Assembly (NCBI GenBank): GCA_040266715.1
Contig: JAPKNN010000004.1
Span: 2,191-66,190, forward strand
Length of the DNA stretch: 64,000 bases
Source of the DNA: Paracoccaceae bacterium
GTDB taxonomy: Bacteria; Pseudomonadota; Alphaproteobacteria; JAPKNN01
Reading direction: 5' to 3'
Shown here: positions 1-10,166 of the stretch, piece by piece
How the letters are laid out: every line of letters begins with the position of its first letter
How positions within the stretch are numbered: the first letter of the stretch is position 1
Position numbers and translations under genes: made by a program
Notes under the pieces: generated by a model
Seen by the model: only the letters and a program-made list of their open reading frames with translations
What the model was told of the DNA's origin: nothing
The model's database searches: none

Positions 1-1720
1 TTAAATGTGCCTCTAGAAAGGAATGAAATGAAGAGCTCGTTTTAATGCATTGCAAAAAAAGAAAAAAATGTTCATGTAGTTGCTTTAACCACAAATAGGC
101 CTCGTAAAACTCTTTATATTTTTTTTCTTTTGTTTCACTCTTACTATCTAAAAAACAACAATAATCGTTTAACTGCTCTATAATTGTATCTAAATTTTTT
201 TTATTGTTACATTTCTCCCTTATAAAATATTCAATATCCCTTACATAAGATTGTTCCTTTGTCGTTAGCTGAAGCAATGAATTTTTTATAAAACTCATAA
301 AATGTATTAATGAAAAACGGGGAATAAAACTATCGCATAAAAGCATAAACAATTTTACTTCAGCAGTATGTAAAAGTGATACACCTGACGTATCATGTAT
401 GAAAATATCTTGCTGGGCTAGATATGCTTTTACTTTGTCAATTAATGCTCTATTAGCTGTTACAAATGCCGTTACACCTGATTCTTTTTCTAATGTTTTA
501 CGTAATAATGTTGCAATAGCCATAACTTCTTCTTGATCTGTATCCGTCTCAAGAATATGAATATTTTCTGTTACATTTATAGCATTTTTTTTACTACTTG
601 TAACAGTATTCACCCACTGTGTAATATGTTTACCTGGTAGTAAAATATTTTGTATCAATCGTAAACGCTCTACTTTCCATCCACTCTTTTCATGGCATAA
701 TGTATCTAAATTGATAACATCCTTAGGCTCACATCCACACTCTTGTGTAAACTTCTGCATATAATATTGTGGGTGTGTCATAGGTAAGCCAGAATAGATG
801 GAAGAACCTAGCATATTGTCAAAACCAGGTAGAATAACCGCTCCATTATCCAGATGGGCTATAGTTTTCAAAAGTAAAGATGTTTGTGGCGTACTTGCTG
901 TTGAACCCGCCGCAATAATAATGCTCTTTGTATCACTTTGTTTGATTGATAAGGTATAAGCCGACAACATCTCCATTGCACAGGAAATATGTGATTGCTT
1001 CTTTTTTGCTTTACATATATTCTGCCAAGCCTGACGTAGCTGTTGAAGGACAACTAAAGTCAGAATACGTACATCATCATGCTTGTAGCCAGTAAACATT
1101 TCTTGTAATACATCATCTACATGTTCTTCTTTAATATTATCAAAAGCTATGTGATTTAAAAATGAACGAAATTTTTCTACTAGTGATAAGGCATCATGCG
1201 CTCTATCAGAAAAGATAAGAGGAAGCGTGATATGCTCATGTTCCAACAATGTTTCTGAAATTCTTTTGAAATCAGCACTCATATTCTTCATAATGAGCAT
1301 TAACTCTTTTGTTAGTAATATCCGTTGTTCAAATAAGGACATCGCTGGTGCTATAAATGCTGTTTTATTTAATGGCCCATTATCGCCATAATCCGATGAT
1401 TCAATATGCAATGCATTGCTAGAGGCCAATACTGTATTATCACTATATTCAACTATAGATAAATTGCGTAGGCATGGTAACATAATTGCCGATTGCCCCT
1501 TTTCTATCGCGTATTCTAGAAATCTTGCCTGTACTTTTTTTATGGCTTGTGGCGTTGGTAGGTATAGTATTATATGTGCCAGCTCTTCTTTGGAGGGAGG
1601 TTTACCTCCTTTTCGTGGTAAATCGCCACTTAAAATTTTCTCAATTAGAACATCAAGAAAAACTTCGGTCTGTGATATCGTATATAGGTTTGGATTGTGT
1701 AACATAGTATCCTTTTCCAT
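1..1720 (-). CDS. addB: Double-strand break repair protein AddB (3' end runs off the window)
   Basis: Manual translation gives MEKDTMLHNPNLYTISQTEVFLDVL...ILYLPT and, in the same frame, IIAAGSTASTPQTSLLLKTIAHLDNGAVILPGFD, typical of alphaproteobacterial AddB. Sits in the conserved divL-tsaE/amgK-murU-addB order. Absent from the ORF track because it is open at the window edge. Confidence 0.88.
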   Translation of the reverse strand, partial: MEKDTMLHNPNLYTISQTEVFLDVLIEKILSGDLPRKGGKPPSKEELAHIILYLPTPQAIKKVQARFLEYAIEKGQSAIMLPCLRNLSIVEYSDNTVLASSNALHIESSDYGDNGPLNKTAFIAPAMSLFEQRILLTKELMLIMKNMSADFKRISETLLEHEHITLPLIFSDRAHDALSLVEKFRSFLNHIAFDNIKEEHVDDVLQEMFTGYKHDDVRILTLVVLQQLRQAWQNICKAKKKQSHISCAMEMLSAYTLSIKQSDTKSIIIAAGSTASTPQTSLLLKTIAHLDNGAVILPGFDNMLGSSIYSGLPMTHPQYYMQKFTQECGCEPKDVINLDTLCHEKSGWKVERLRLIQNILLPGKHITQWVNTVTSSKKNAINVTENIHILETDTDQEEVMAIATLLRKTLEKESGVTAFVTANRALIDKVKAYLAQQDIFIHDTSGVSLLHTAEVKLFMLLCDSFIPRFSLIHFMSFIKNSLLQLTTKEQSYVRDIEYFIREKCNNKKNLDTIIEQLNDYCCFLDSKSETKEKKYKEFYEAYLWLKQLHEHFFLFLQCIKTSSSFHSFLEAHL

Positions 1721-1804
1721 GCTATTTGCTAGCAGGTTACAATAAAACGCATAATTTTTTGATTGTTATATAGCTCCACTAAATAACACTCTTTAAAAAT
1801 ATAA

Positions 1805-2599
1805 TTACGTGTTCTTGGCATGCGCACGACATAATGTTAAGCCTTCCATTGTGCCCAGATCATAAATTATGCCGTCATACATGTAGCCCCATAAACGATT
1901 TCTTTTAGCGCTTTCCTTCCAATAATCTACAATACTAAATGCACCTGAAGGTGTTATTTTGCAATATTGCGCATGGACAATATACATTCCTGTATTCACA
2001 TAATTATATGCTATATTACACTGTTGTGTAACATTGCTTTGGTGCATTTCTAGCGGATACAATACGCTTGAAGAACCAATGTTGCGTGATTCTTTTTGAT
2101 GCGTCTTTGAAATACAAAAATCTCCTTTCCCTGGATATCCCAACATATGTTCTTTTTGACAAACCAAAAATAGAAAATCCATAATTCTTGGATCAAAAGA
2201 ATTAATCATATTTTTTAGGTAATTGGCATGATTTTCATCGGCAAATTGTGTATCCGAATTACAAACAAGAATCGCTTCACGGCCTAAGAGTATCTGCATC
2301 TTCTTTACGCCACCACCGGTATTTAACAAGCCTAACGTTTCATCAGATATATCAAGGGGCACATGATAATTGTCTTGATTCTGATCTAGCCATTGTTTTA
2401 ATTTATCCGCATGATAATGAATGTTTATTGCCGCATTTTTAATACCAATCCGCTCTAATCTAGATAGAACAGAAGTAAGCATTGGTTTATCCTGAAATTT
2501 GACTAAAGGTTTGGGTAGGTGATCTGTATATGGACGTAAGCGCGTTCCTAGTCCTGCTGCCATCACTGCAGCTTTTGTTATTTGCTGTGTATCCTTCAT
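1805..2599 (-). CDS. murU: Nucleotidyltransferase, MurU-like (MurNAc-1-phosphate uridylyltransferase)
   Basis: N-terminal MAAGLGTRLRPYT..PKPL motif, NTGGG motif, adjacent to an AmgK-like kinase. Confidence 0.8.
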   Translation of the reverse strand: MKDTQQITKAAVMAAGLGTRLRPYTDHLPKPLVKFQDKPMLTSVLSRLERIGIKNAAINIHYHADKLKQWLDQNQDNYHVPLDISDETLGLLNTGGGVKKMQILLGREAILVCNSDTQFADENHANYLKNMINSFDPRIMDFLFLVCQKEHMLGYPGKGDFCISKTHQKESRNIGSSSVLYPLEMHQSNVTQQCNIAYNYVNTGMYIVHAQYCKITPSGAFSIVDYWKESAKRNRLWGYMYDGIIYDLGTMEGLTLCRAHAKNT

Positions 2600-2619
2600 A
2601 TTGCGCTTCCTTACTCTTT

Positions 2620-4218
2620 TTAGTTTATGGAGGCGATGTAGGCAAGACTCTTTTTTGTTAGATGAAGTTCATACCATTGTTTTAAATCATGTAGACCCGG
2701 ATGAGATAAACAATACATAAGATAACGCCAGACCCTAGGTATGTTTTTTATATACCCATCCTTATTATCACGCCTCAGCAAGCGTATAAAAACCCCTAAT
2801 ATGCGTGAATTTCTTTGCGCACCTATACGCCAATAATTGAGCAAAAATTCTTCCTCATTAAAATTATCTATGCATCTTGCCGCCTTCTTCACATAATCAT
2901 ATAGCCATTTATCATGATATTCCTTAGGTAAATCGAATCGTGCATCCATCAGCAAGGATACTAAATCATACGCCATATGCCCATAATAAGCATCTTGAAA
3001 ATCAATCACACCTATACGCTCTATTCCTTTTTTTTCAGGAAGCCAAAACATATTGGGAGAATGAAAATCACGTAAACTTAATACAATTTTGTCTTTTATT
3101 AAAGCTTCTAAATGGGGTTTCCAAATATCTGTAAATGTTTCTCTTAAAAATATGCTGGCTTCATGCTTATGTATTTCTGGATAATACCAATCTAATAATA
3201 CAGTTAAATCTTCTGCATAATTATCTAGGCTATACCTATTTATTTGATGTGTATATGAATGTGTTGATGTCAACCTAGGATTCTTTGTCGTGAATTCCAT
3301 ATCTATATCTTTCTCATAGGAGAGCTCAGCAAGATGTAGAAGCATATCCATTGCTGATTGATAACCACTCTCTACATCTGATTGTGCAAAAAAATCTGCA
3401 CCGAATCTATTGGAGCCAAAATCTTCTAACAATAAAAACATGTTTGTTATATCAGCGGCATGGATCTTCGGTACAGTAACTCCTGCATTATGCAATTTTT
3501 TTGCAATCGCACAAAATGAAGTGATCGTTGTTTTTGATAAGTCAATATAGCTATCGGGATTGGTTCCATAATCAGAGGGCAGATGTGTTTCATCGCTCAT
3601 AACTATCAGGTTGTTAGCAAGAGGTTTGTTTTTTAACCCCGTTTGAGAGATTTGCTTCGAATTGGGTATAATTCTATAATATTTACGTGCGGTTGCGTCT
3701 CCAGCAACATTTTTACATATAGCATCATCAATATTATGGAGCTGTAAAAATTCTATAAAGTAGCAAAACCTTTTCATACGGCTTGCATATTGCGCACTTG
3801 CTTCAATTGATATAGTGCACATCTCTCCTTTTCTTGCCACTATACTTACAGAAATGTGAGGGATGACTGTGCCGTCGCAAATAGGATCTGCACATTCAAA
3901 GAGATTGATATCATAATCATTGGATGTTAACTGCTCATATCTTATATCATGGCTATCTGATATATTAGAAAAATCATAGTAATTTACACAACCATTGTCA
4001 GCTAGATTATATTTAACGGCACCTGTTTTAGCAGTAGATGTATAAGATAAGGTTGCGGGTTCATCACATAGATGGGATATTAATTCATGTATAAAAAAAG
4101 TTTTTCCTACATGAGAATCACCGATAACAAACACGTTATCACCTGCATATATATAGCAAGCTAATTGAGAAATTAAGCTTGTCAACGCATTTTTATCATG
4201 TGTATCGCACGTAAACAT
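2620..4218 (-). CDS. Fusion of a degenerate TsaE-like ATPase domain and an AmgK-like aminosugar phosphotransferase
   Basis: N-terminal GDSHVGKT P-loop; C-terminal GDATARKYYR, LLEDFG, RDFHSPN, IDFQDA and YDLVSLL motifs of the APH/AmgK family; conserved position. Confidence 0.82.
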   Translation of the reverse strand: MFTCDTHDKNALTSLISQLACYIYAGDNVFVIGDSHVGKTFFIHELISHLCDEPATLSYTSTAKTGAVKYNLADNGCVNYYDFSNISDSHDIRYEQLTSNDYDINLFECADPICDGTVIPHISVSIVARKGEMCTISIEASAQYASRMKRFCYFIEFLQLHNIDDAICKNVAGDATARKYYRIIPNSKQISQTGLKNKPLANNLIVMSDETHLPSDYGTNPDSYIDLSKTTITSFCAIAKKLHNAGVTVPKIHAADITNMFLLLEDFGSNRFGADFFAQSDVESGYQSAMDMLLHLAELSYEKDIDMEFTTKNPRLTSTHSYTHQINRYSLDNYAEDLTVLLDWYYPEIHKHEASIFLRETFTDIWKPHLEALIKDKIVLSLRDFHSPNMFWLPEKKGIERIGVIDFQDAYYGHMAYDLVSLLMDARFDLPKEYHDKWLYDYVKKAARCIDNFNEEEFLLNYWRIGAQRNSRILGVFIRLLRRDNKDGYIKNIPRVWRYLMYCLSHPGLHDLKQWYELHLTKKSLAYIASIN

Positions 4219-4226
4219 TACAAACC

Positions 4227-6974
4227 TTAGTGTAGGCGATTTGGCGTCGGTGGTGGTATAACAAATTCTACAGTTGTTTTATTATCCTTTGTTGGCATTA
4301 AAGAGATAGACCCACCGTGCATTTTGACCAATCCACTTGCAATTTGATAACCAATATTTTCATATCTATTCTTGCCATTTTTTGGTTGCAACTCAAAATG
4401 AGATTTTTTCTTACCATCATGTTCAATTTCAAATGGGCAATTATCATAAATTGTAAAATATGTACCATCTTCTTTATTATAGCAACTAAATGAAATTTTT
4501 TCTCCCTCTTTACTTGCCTCAATTGACTCGGTAAGTAGATGTGTTACAATCTTATTAATATGTTCGGGATCAGCTATAATACTTATTTCACTTCTTGGAA
4601 CTTTTACATTAAGGCATAAATTTTTTTGTTTTAAACGCCCATCTACTCTTCTAAATGTATCATTGAGAAGGTTTATTAATGGTGCCATTTTCATTTTTGG
4701 CTTTACGTTTCCAGCCTCTATTTGTGCTTTATCAATTATTTTATCTACTAGATCCTTAAAATCATAGCATTGATGAACCATTAATTGCACGAGTTCTGCC
4801 TGCTGTTGATTTAATGGTCCATACATATCTGCGTCAAGCATCTGTGAATAAGCCATTACATTATTGAGAGGCTCACGCAGTTTTTGTGACACTTCTGCCA
4901 TAAATTCTCTTTTCATACGATCTGTACTTTCTAGAGCAAAATTCTTTTCCTCTAACATTTTTTGAAATGCAATCTCATGTGTCTGGTTTTCATAGCAGAC
5001 CAGTTTAGTTCCGCCTTCAACAAAACGGGCAGTATATTTATAGATGTCCCCATTTTTTAATTCAATCATATCTGTTTCTTCTGATTGCGGTTCCATATTG
5101 AGAACAATTTGTCTTAATCTTTCAAAATGATTACTATCTTTAATTTTCCTTTTAGGATTACTTGCAATATCATTAATATGGGGTTCGCTTTCATATTCAA
5201 TCCCCTCTAAAAACATTTTTGCAAAGGGCTTATTACAGAGTTTGACTCTTCCATCTGCACCAAATTGTGCAACTGCTTCTTGTAAGTTATCTAATGTTGC
5301 GGCTTGCAATATTTGCATTGCATCAACTTTGCCACTAAGCTCTAGGGAATGGGTAAGATTATCAATAATGAAAATAAGCCCTGAATTTCCTGTGTTAATT
5401 TTTTTAACATAAAGTTTTTGTCCATTTTGAACATACCACTCCTGTCCTAATACTGACGATTGCTCGTTCAACTCTAAAAGTTCAGCTAACCACATTCTAT
5501 AGTCTTTCTGTTCAGGTAAAAGGTTATTTTCCCTCATTTTATCAAAAATTTCATTTGCATAGGGTCTTTCATCCAGCCAATTTTTATCCATGCCAGTTAG
5601 TTCAACAAATTTTGCGTTTGCAAAAGACAAACGCTGTTTATCATTAAAAACCAATATACTGCCTTGTATGTTATCAAAAACGATTTCTCTGGCACCTTCA
5701 TTAATTTCAAGACTTTGACGCGCTTGAGTTAATTCTGTTATATCATGAGCTATACCATAAGAACCACCTTTATCATAAGGAATAGAAATAGTATGGTATA
5801 TTCTCATTCCATTTACACAATTACGATGCGTTACTGTTTCATGAATTTCTTTTTTATGTAAGACGCTCAGCATTTCGCTTAATTCTTTTGCAGCCAATAT
5901 CTCTACTTGACGAGAGATAACATCTTTAACATCACGAATTCCAACGGCATTTGCATAAACCTCATTTACCCATACCAATACTCCTTTTGAGTTTCTTATC
6001 CAAATACTTAACCCTCTTCTATTGGTGGCTTCCCCTAAAATACCTAGCATATTAACTTGTGTTTGCAGTTGCTGCTTAAGTTTTTTAGCCTCCATTTTTA
6101 TCTGAGGAATGTTACGCACCCAAATGCAACACCGCATATTGGTAAGGCGCCCTTCTACCTCTATTTCTTTTTTCGTTTGCGTAGTAAGATATAGAAAAAA
6201 CGGCTCTCCACTCTGCCTTAAATCTTCAATAGCCTTACGTAATTTACGTGCATCTTCTTCAATTAACCATTCCTCAAAATACTGAATTTTGTTTTGCGTA
6301 ACTAATTCTATGCCCTCTGGATAACGTCCCGTTACAAAAACATTGTTTTCATCGTAAACAATTTTCATCTCATTATCGGCATCAGCAATCATTTGATAAT
6401 ATGCCATCTCCTGAAGAATATGTAATTGTTCCTTTTCAAACCGCTCCTCCGTTTTTTCCATTTCCCTCTTTAGGTTTTTGTTACAATAATATTGATAGAA
6501 CAAAAATAATAAAAGTACACCTATTAGGCTTGGCAATATATTCCTCATTATTGCCTTCGAAAATGACGACGGCATTAAAGATGATTGCAGCTCCTTATCA
6601 TCTGCTGAAGAAGCATCTTTATGCATGTTTACTTTTTCGGCTTGTTGATTTTTTATCTCTGGGCCGTTTTCTTTAGGTTGTATTGACAAATCAGTGAGTT
6701 TTTTTTGCTTTTTACTGCCTTCCTCCTTTTTCAAGTTGGAGTTAGAAGAAGATTGCAAGAAATTTCTTAGCTCATTTTCTTCTTGCAATTCTAAGCTATC
6801 TATAAAACTGTTAACAGGCTTATACGACCTGCCTGTCAATACGGATGCTTTGTTAGGTATATTAGTATTATTTTCTACATTAATAACGGTCTGATTGCTT
6901 TGCTGTGCAAAGGCTTCTCCATTTGCCGAAAAAAGGGTTACGCATAGAATCAATATATTTATAATAATTTTCAT
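4227..6974 (-). CDS. divL: DivL-like multi-PAS pseudo-histidine kinase
   Basis: PAS-like repeats, HisKA-like VSQKLREPL with no His, degenerate HATPase region, and the divL position upstream of tsaE. ATG at 6974 preferred over TTG at 7031 because it begins a signal-peptide-like segment. Confidence 0.75.
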   Translation of the reverse strand: MKIIINILILCVTLFSANGEAFAQQSNQTVINVENNTNIPNKASVLTGRSYKPVNSFIDSLELQEENELRNFLQSSSNSNLKKEEGSKKQKKLTDLSIQPKENGPEIKNQQAEKVNMHKDASSADDKELQSSLMPSSFSKAIMRNILPSLIGVLLLFLFYQYYCNKNLKREMEKTEERFEKEQLHILQEMAYYQMIADADNEMKIVYDENNVFVTGRYPEGIELVTQNKIQYFEEWLIEEDARKLRKAIEDLRQSGEPFFLYLTTQTKKEIEVEGRLTNMRCCIWVRNIPQIKMEAKKLKQQLQTQVNMLGILGEATNRRGLSIWIRNSKGVLVWVNEVYANAVGIRDVKDVISRQVEILAAKELSEMLSVLHKKEIHETVTHRNCVNGMRIYHTISIPYDKGGSYGIAHDITELTQARQSLEINEGAREIVFDNIQGSILVFNDKQRLSFANAKFVELTGMDKNWLDERPYANEIFDKMRENNLLPEQKDYRMWLAELLELNEQSSVLGQEWYVQNGQKLYVKKINTGNSGLIFIIDNLTHSLELSGKVDAMQILQAATLDNLQEAVAQFGADGRVKLCNKPFAKMFLEGIEYESEPHINDIASNPKRKIKDSNHFERLRQIVLNMEPQSEETDMIELKNGDIYKYTARFVEGGTKLVCYENQTHEIAFQKMLEEKNFALESTDRMKREFMAEVSQKLREPLNNVMAYSQMLDADMYGPLNQQQAELVQLMVHQCYDFKDLVDKIIDKAQIEAGNVKPKMKMAPLINLLNDTFRRVDGRLKQKNLCLNVKVPRSEISIIADPEHINKIVTHLLTESIEASKEGEKISFSCYNKEDGTYFTIYDNCPFEIEHDGKKKSHFELQPKNGKNRYENIGYQIASGLVKMHGGSISLMPTKDNKTTVEFVIPPPTPNRLH

Positions 6975-7145
6975 ATACTTGCTTTGACTTAAAACATTAC
7001 AAAGACCCCCTAACACAAGCAAATAGTGCAACTTTGTTAAAGGCGACTTGATCTCTCTTAATCATACACCCTCTCTACATATCTAAGAATGATGATAATA
7101 ATTACTCAGGGTGATTCTAAACTAATTCGTTTAAAATTTTTTAAA

Positions 7146-7161
7146 TTAATATTTTATTAAC
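7146..7161. promoter_or_regulatory. Putative CtrA binding site
   Basis: TTAA-tatttta-TTAAC, an exact TTAA-N7-TTAAC match upstream of divL; chance matches are plausible in such AT-rich DNA. Confidence 0.4.
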
Positions 7162-7340
7162 AGTTAAATAAAAAATATTATTAAATAGTAAACAAAATTG
7201 CATATTAGGCACATTTGGCCTTAATTTATACAATTTTAGTCCAAGTTGTTATTATTATAGATTAACTGTAAGACAATAATACAAGCATACATCATTTAAC
7301 AGCTGTAAATTCTAGTTTTTTTATTTATTATAACAGCTAT

Positions 7341-7838
7341 TTATATTGGCAATAAGGTTGCACTGTATATATTCCTAGCCGTTTCATTTTGTACACGCAT
7401 TAAAAATTTTGAAACTGGGAAAAAATTTGGCCATACAAGCCGCAATTTTAATATAAGCAAACGGCGTGAATTATGTAACCTATAAAGTGATTGGAAATTC
7501 AAAAGATTCTCACCCGAATTATCTGCGGATGTTAGGTAATTTATATTAATTTTTAAAAAATCACTATTGCACGGAATACCTATTGCACTAATATTTTTAC
7601 AAACTCTTTTTTCTATACTCAATAATGTAATAGTTGTTTTGTCCTTTGTCACTATCCATTCTTGTAAAGTATTATGTGTAGCTTTCTTTAATGTTGTATT
7701 GGCGATACTCCAGTAACCGACGTCGATAAATGTAATTATAAAACCAATTATTGGAGCCACAAGCATCCCGAATTCTACTGCTGTTGCCCCTTCATCATCA
7801 CATATGAATTTTTTTATTTTCATGCTAAAATATATCAT
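7341..7838 (-). CDS. TadE-like pseudopilin
   Basis: Prepilin motif DDEG|ATAVEF followed by a hydrophobic helix. Confidence 0.75.
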   Translation of the reverse strand: MIYFSMKIKKFICDDEGATAVEFGMLVAPIIGFIITFIDVGYWSIANTTLKKATHNTLQEWIVTKDKTTITLLSIEKRVCKNISAIGIPCNSDFLKININYLTSADNSGENLLNFQSLYRLHNSRRLLILKLRLVWPNFFPVSKFLMRVQNETARNIYSATLLPI

Positions 7839-8104
7839 CTGTTAAAACTTTATCTCTTTTACTTTATTATCATATTCCTTGTTTGGATAGCGTAACGCAG
7901 TTTATTCTTATAGCGACAGGTACGATTAATATGTACCACTATTGTATACGATTCCTACCATCTCAATTAATTGTACGCTCAACTTAATCTGTTTATTTAT
8001 TCTTTTTTTATACTTAGGGTATAAAATGTATAAATTAACACGATACGTCTATGTTAATATATAGTATTTTAATAACAGTAAAATGTTAAGTATATAGTTA
8101 AAGC

Positions 8105-8851
8105 ATGAAAAAAAATTTATTTTGTAGCATTTTTAAACGTTTTTTTATGGAAACTAAAGGAGTTGCTTTTGTAGAATTTGCTCTTTTATCTCCTGTTCTT
8201 GTTTTGCTTTTGCTAGCGGGGTTTGATCTTATACTCTATAATAATGCCAAAGCTGTGACACAAAACGTTAATTCAAGCCTTTCAAGAGTTTCTTATTATC
8301 TGAGTGAAAAATATGGCGATGATTTAGGAGAGATTGGCTTCGGTAGAACTCTTGGGCAATCGCAATGGCATACCCCATCTCCTAGAGATACGTTACGATC
8401 GTATGTATCTACCACACTTGAACCGTATATAAGTGATTTAGCAATTCCCTTAAGCGTCTGTCGTTATAATACAGCTTGCACAGATAGTAAAATTAATATT
8501 GTCTATACCGCTTTCTTCTGCCCACTTGGTACGAGGCAAACAAGTTATAGAACACGAACCTATTTTTTTGCAGGAAAAGCAAGTAATTTAGGAGGTTCAA
8601 ATTCAGCTGCCAATACAATATTAAGGCAAACCGTACCGCATCTACGTGTCAGTAGCTTGTTTAGTTGGGGTAATAATGTTAATTGTGCCGACATTGGAGG
8701 GCGTAATTATTTTCGTATTCTTACTAATTATAACTTTACTAGTCCCTTTTCCTCTTTATTTCAAATGCAAATTAATGAACTGACAATGGGACGACTTAGC
8801 ACAGAATCCGTAAATACGTATGCTAATATGAAGACTATACCTTCGCGTTGA
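8105..8851 (+). CDS. TadE/TadG-like pseudopilin
   Basis: ETKG|VAFVEFALLSPVLVLLL prepilin motif; Cys-containing C-terminal domain. Confidence 0.75.
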   Translation: MKKNLFCSIFKRFFMETKGVAFVEFALLSPVLVLLLLAGFDLILYNNAKAVTQNVNSSLSRVSYYLSEKYGDDLGEIGFGRTLGQSQWHTPSPRDTLRSYVSTTLEPYISDLAIPLSVCRYNTACTDSKINIVYTAFFCPLGTRQTSYRTRTYFFAGKASNLGGSNSAANTILRQTVPHLRVSSLFSWGNNVNCADIGGRNYFRILTNYNFTSPFSSLFQMQINELTMGRLSTESVNTYANMKTIPSR

Positions 8852-8915
8852 TCGTTATAAAACAGGTCACACCTAGCTTTTCTGCTCGTAAAATAATTTT
8901 ATATCATAGCCTTCA

Positions 8916-8943
8916 TTGCAAAATAGCGTTTTTTGTTTTGCAA
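8916..8943. terminator. Possible weak hairpin terminator between convergent genes
   Basis: TTGCAAAA...TTTTGCAA inverted repeat between the tadE-like gene and tim44. Confidence 0.3.
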
Positions 8944-9018
8944 ACGTTTATGTATTCATGTTGGCTAGATAACGCAGTTGTCCGTATGCAAACATTTTTA
9001 ATCTCATTGTATTGATGT

Positions 9019-9747
9019 TTACTCGCTTTGTGTAGCAGCAAGGTACCATGTAGGATCACTAGACTTCAGATCTCGCGAAAAACTCCATAAATCAATCGCT
9101 TGTGTTGATTGTGTTTCACTACCATCTATGATCTTTTTACTTTGATCGTATACTACTTGAAAAAAACTTGACACAAAACGTACTTTAATTTTTGCATTAT
9201 CTTTAACTAGGGAAGCTCCGACTATTTTTGAGTCTTCAATTCCCACAAAATCAAAGCTGTGAATTTCTCCACGTTTTACTCTTTTATCAATTTCCTTTTC
9301 AAACGTGCCATAAATTTTCTTTGACAATAAGGACGATAACGTTTTTTTGTCTCCACTACCAAAAGCTGTTACAATCATTTCATACGCTTGGTTTGCAGAT
9401 TTGTAAAATTGTTCTATATCAAAGGATTCATCACTCTTATGAATATTCAACACTATCTTTTTTAACTTCTCATCATCTAAACAATGTCTACCCAAAAAAG
9501 CCTGTATTTTGCTTTGTCTTTGTTCCTGTGTAAGATTGTGCGTTTTTTGTGCCGCCGTAGGTAGATCAATAACATTTGCTGGCGGTTTATTATTAGATAA
9601 ATCGGCCTCTTCATTCGTATAACGCTTACTACGATCCACCGATTTCTTATCTTGTGGTTCATCCCAATGCGTTTCGCCTAAAATGCTCCGCAATTTTATA
9701 ATAACAAAAGCCGCTAAAACGAGGGCTCCTAAACCAATTATATCCAT
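9019..9747 (-). CDS. Tim44/TimA family adaptor protein
   Basis: N-terminal TM helix plus KLRSILG; AYEMIVTAF..GD motif; C-terminal DLWSFSRD...DPTWYL. Confidence 0.88.
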   Translation of the reverse strand: MDIIGLGALVLAAFVIIKLRSILGETHWDEPQDKKSVDRSKRYTNEEADLSNNKPPANVIDLPTAAQKTHNLTQEQRQSKIQAFLGRHCLDDEKLKKIVLNIHKSDESFDIEQFYKSANQAYEMIVTAFGSGDKKTLSSLLSKKIYGTFEKEIDKRVKRGEIHSFDFVGIEDSKIVGASLVKDNAKIKVRFVSSFFQVVYDQSKKIIDGSETQSTQAIDLWSFSRDLKSSDPTWYLAATQSE

Positions 9748-10166
9748 ATTATTATCCTTAGTTAAAAAACATGGTCATTCTTCATTTGCAGAAAAACTTG
9801 TACAAACCATGTGAAATATACACAAACCTCATACGTCCCAAACGAAGCAAGACTATTGCATCCCTACACAAAATGCAACTCTTAATATTACTAACATACA
9901 ATATTGAATTTATAAAATTTTCTAAATCTGCCCCATCTTACGACATTTTTGTTGATACACATACCATACACCATGCTAATAACCCTAAAAATATACTACC
10001 TTGTTAGAATAACGTTAAAGAAGCAATGAGTGTACATGCAACTAGCCGTAAAATAAAGTACAAAAACATAGAAAAGATGGTCAATATCAGTGGCTTATAT
10101 TTTATTATTACGCATACAGATAGAACATATACCATATGCGATAATAAGCCTCCAATGATAAATCTA

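Noticed and set aside
868-1745. Short ORFs 868-1053, 1416-1745 and 1486-1707, and the many other 60-130 aa ORFs overlapping larger genes across the window
   Set aside because: They lie antisense or out of frame within addB or other well-supported genes and show no recognisable motifs
7032-8104. Searched the spacers for a short flp pilin gene and for exact CtrA boxes between the tadE genes
   Set aside because: No G-x-T-x-x-E-Y reading frame seen; the best box (8086-8101) has an 8-nt spacer
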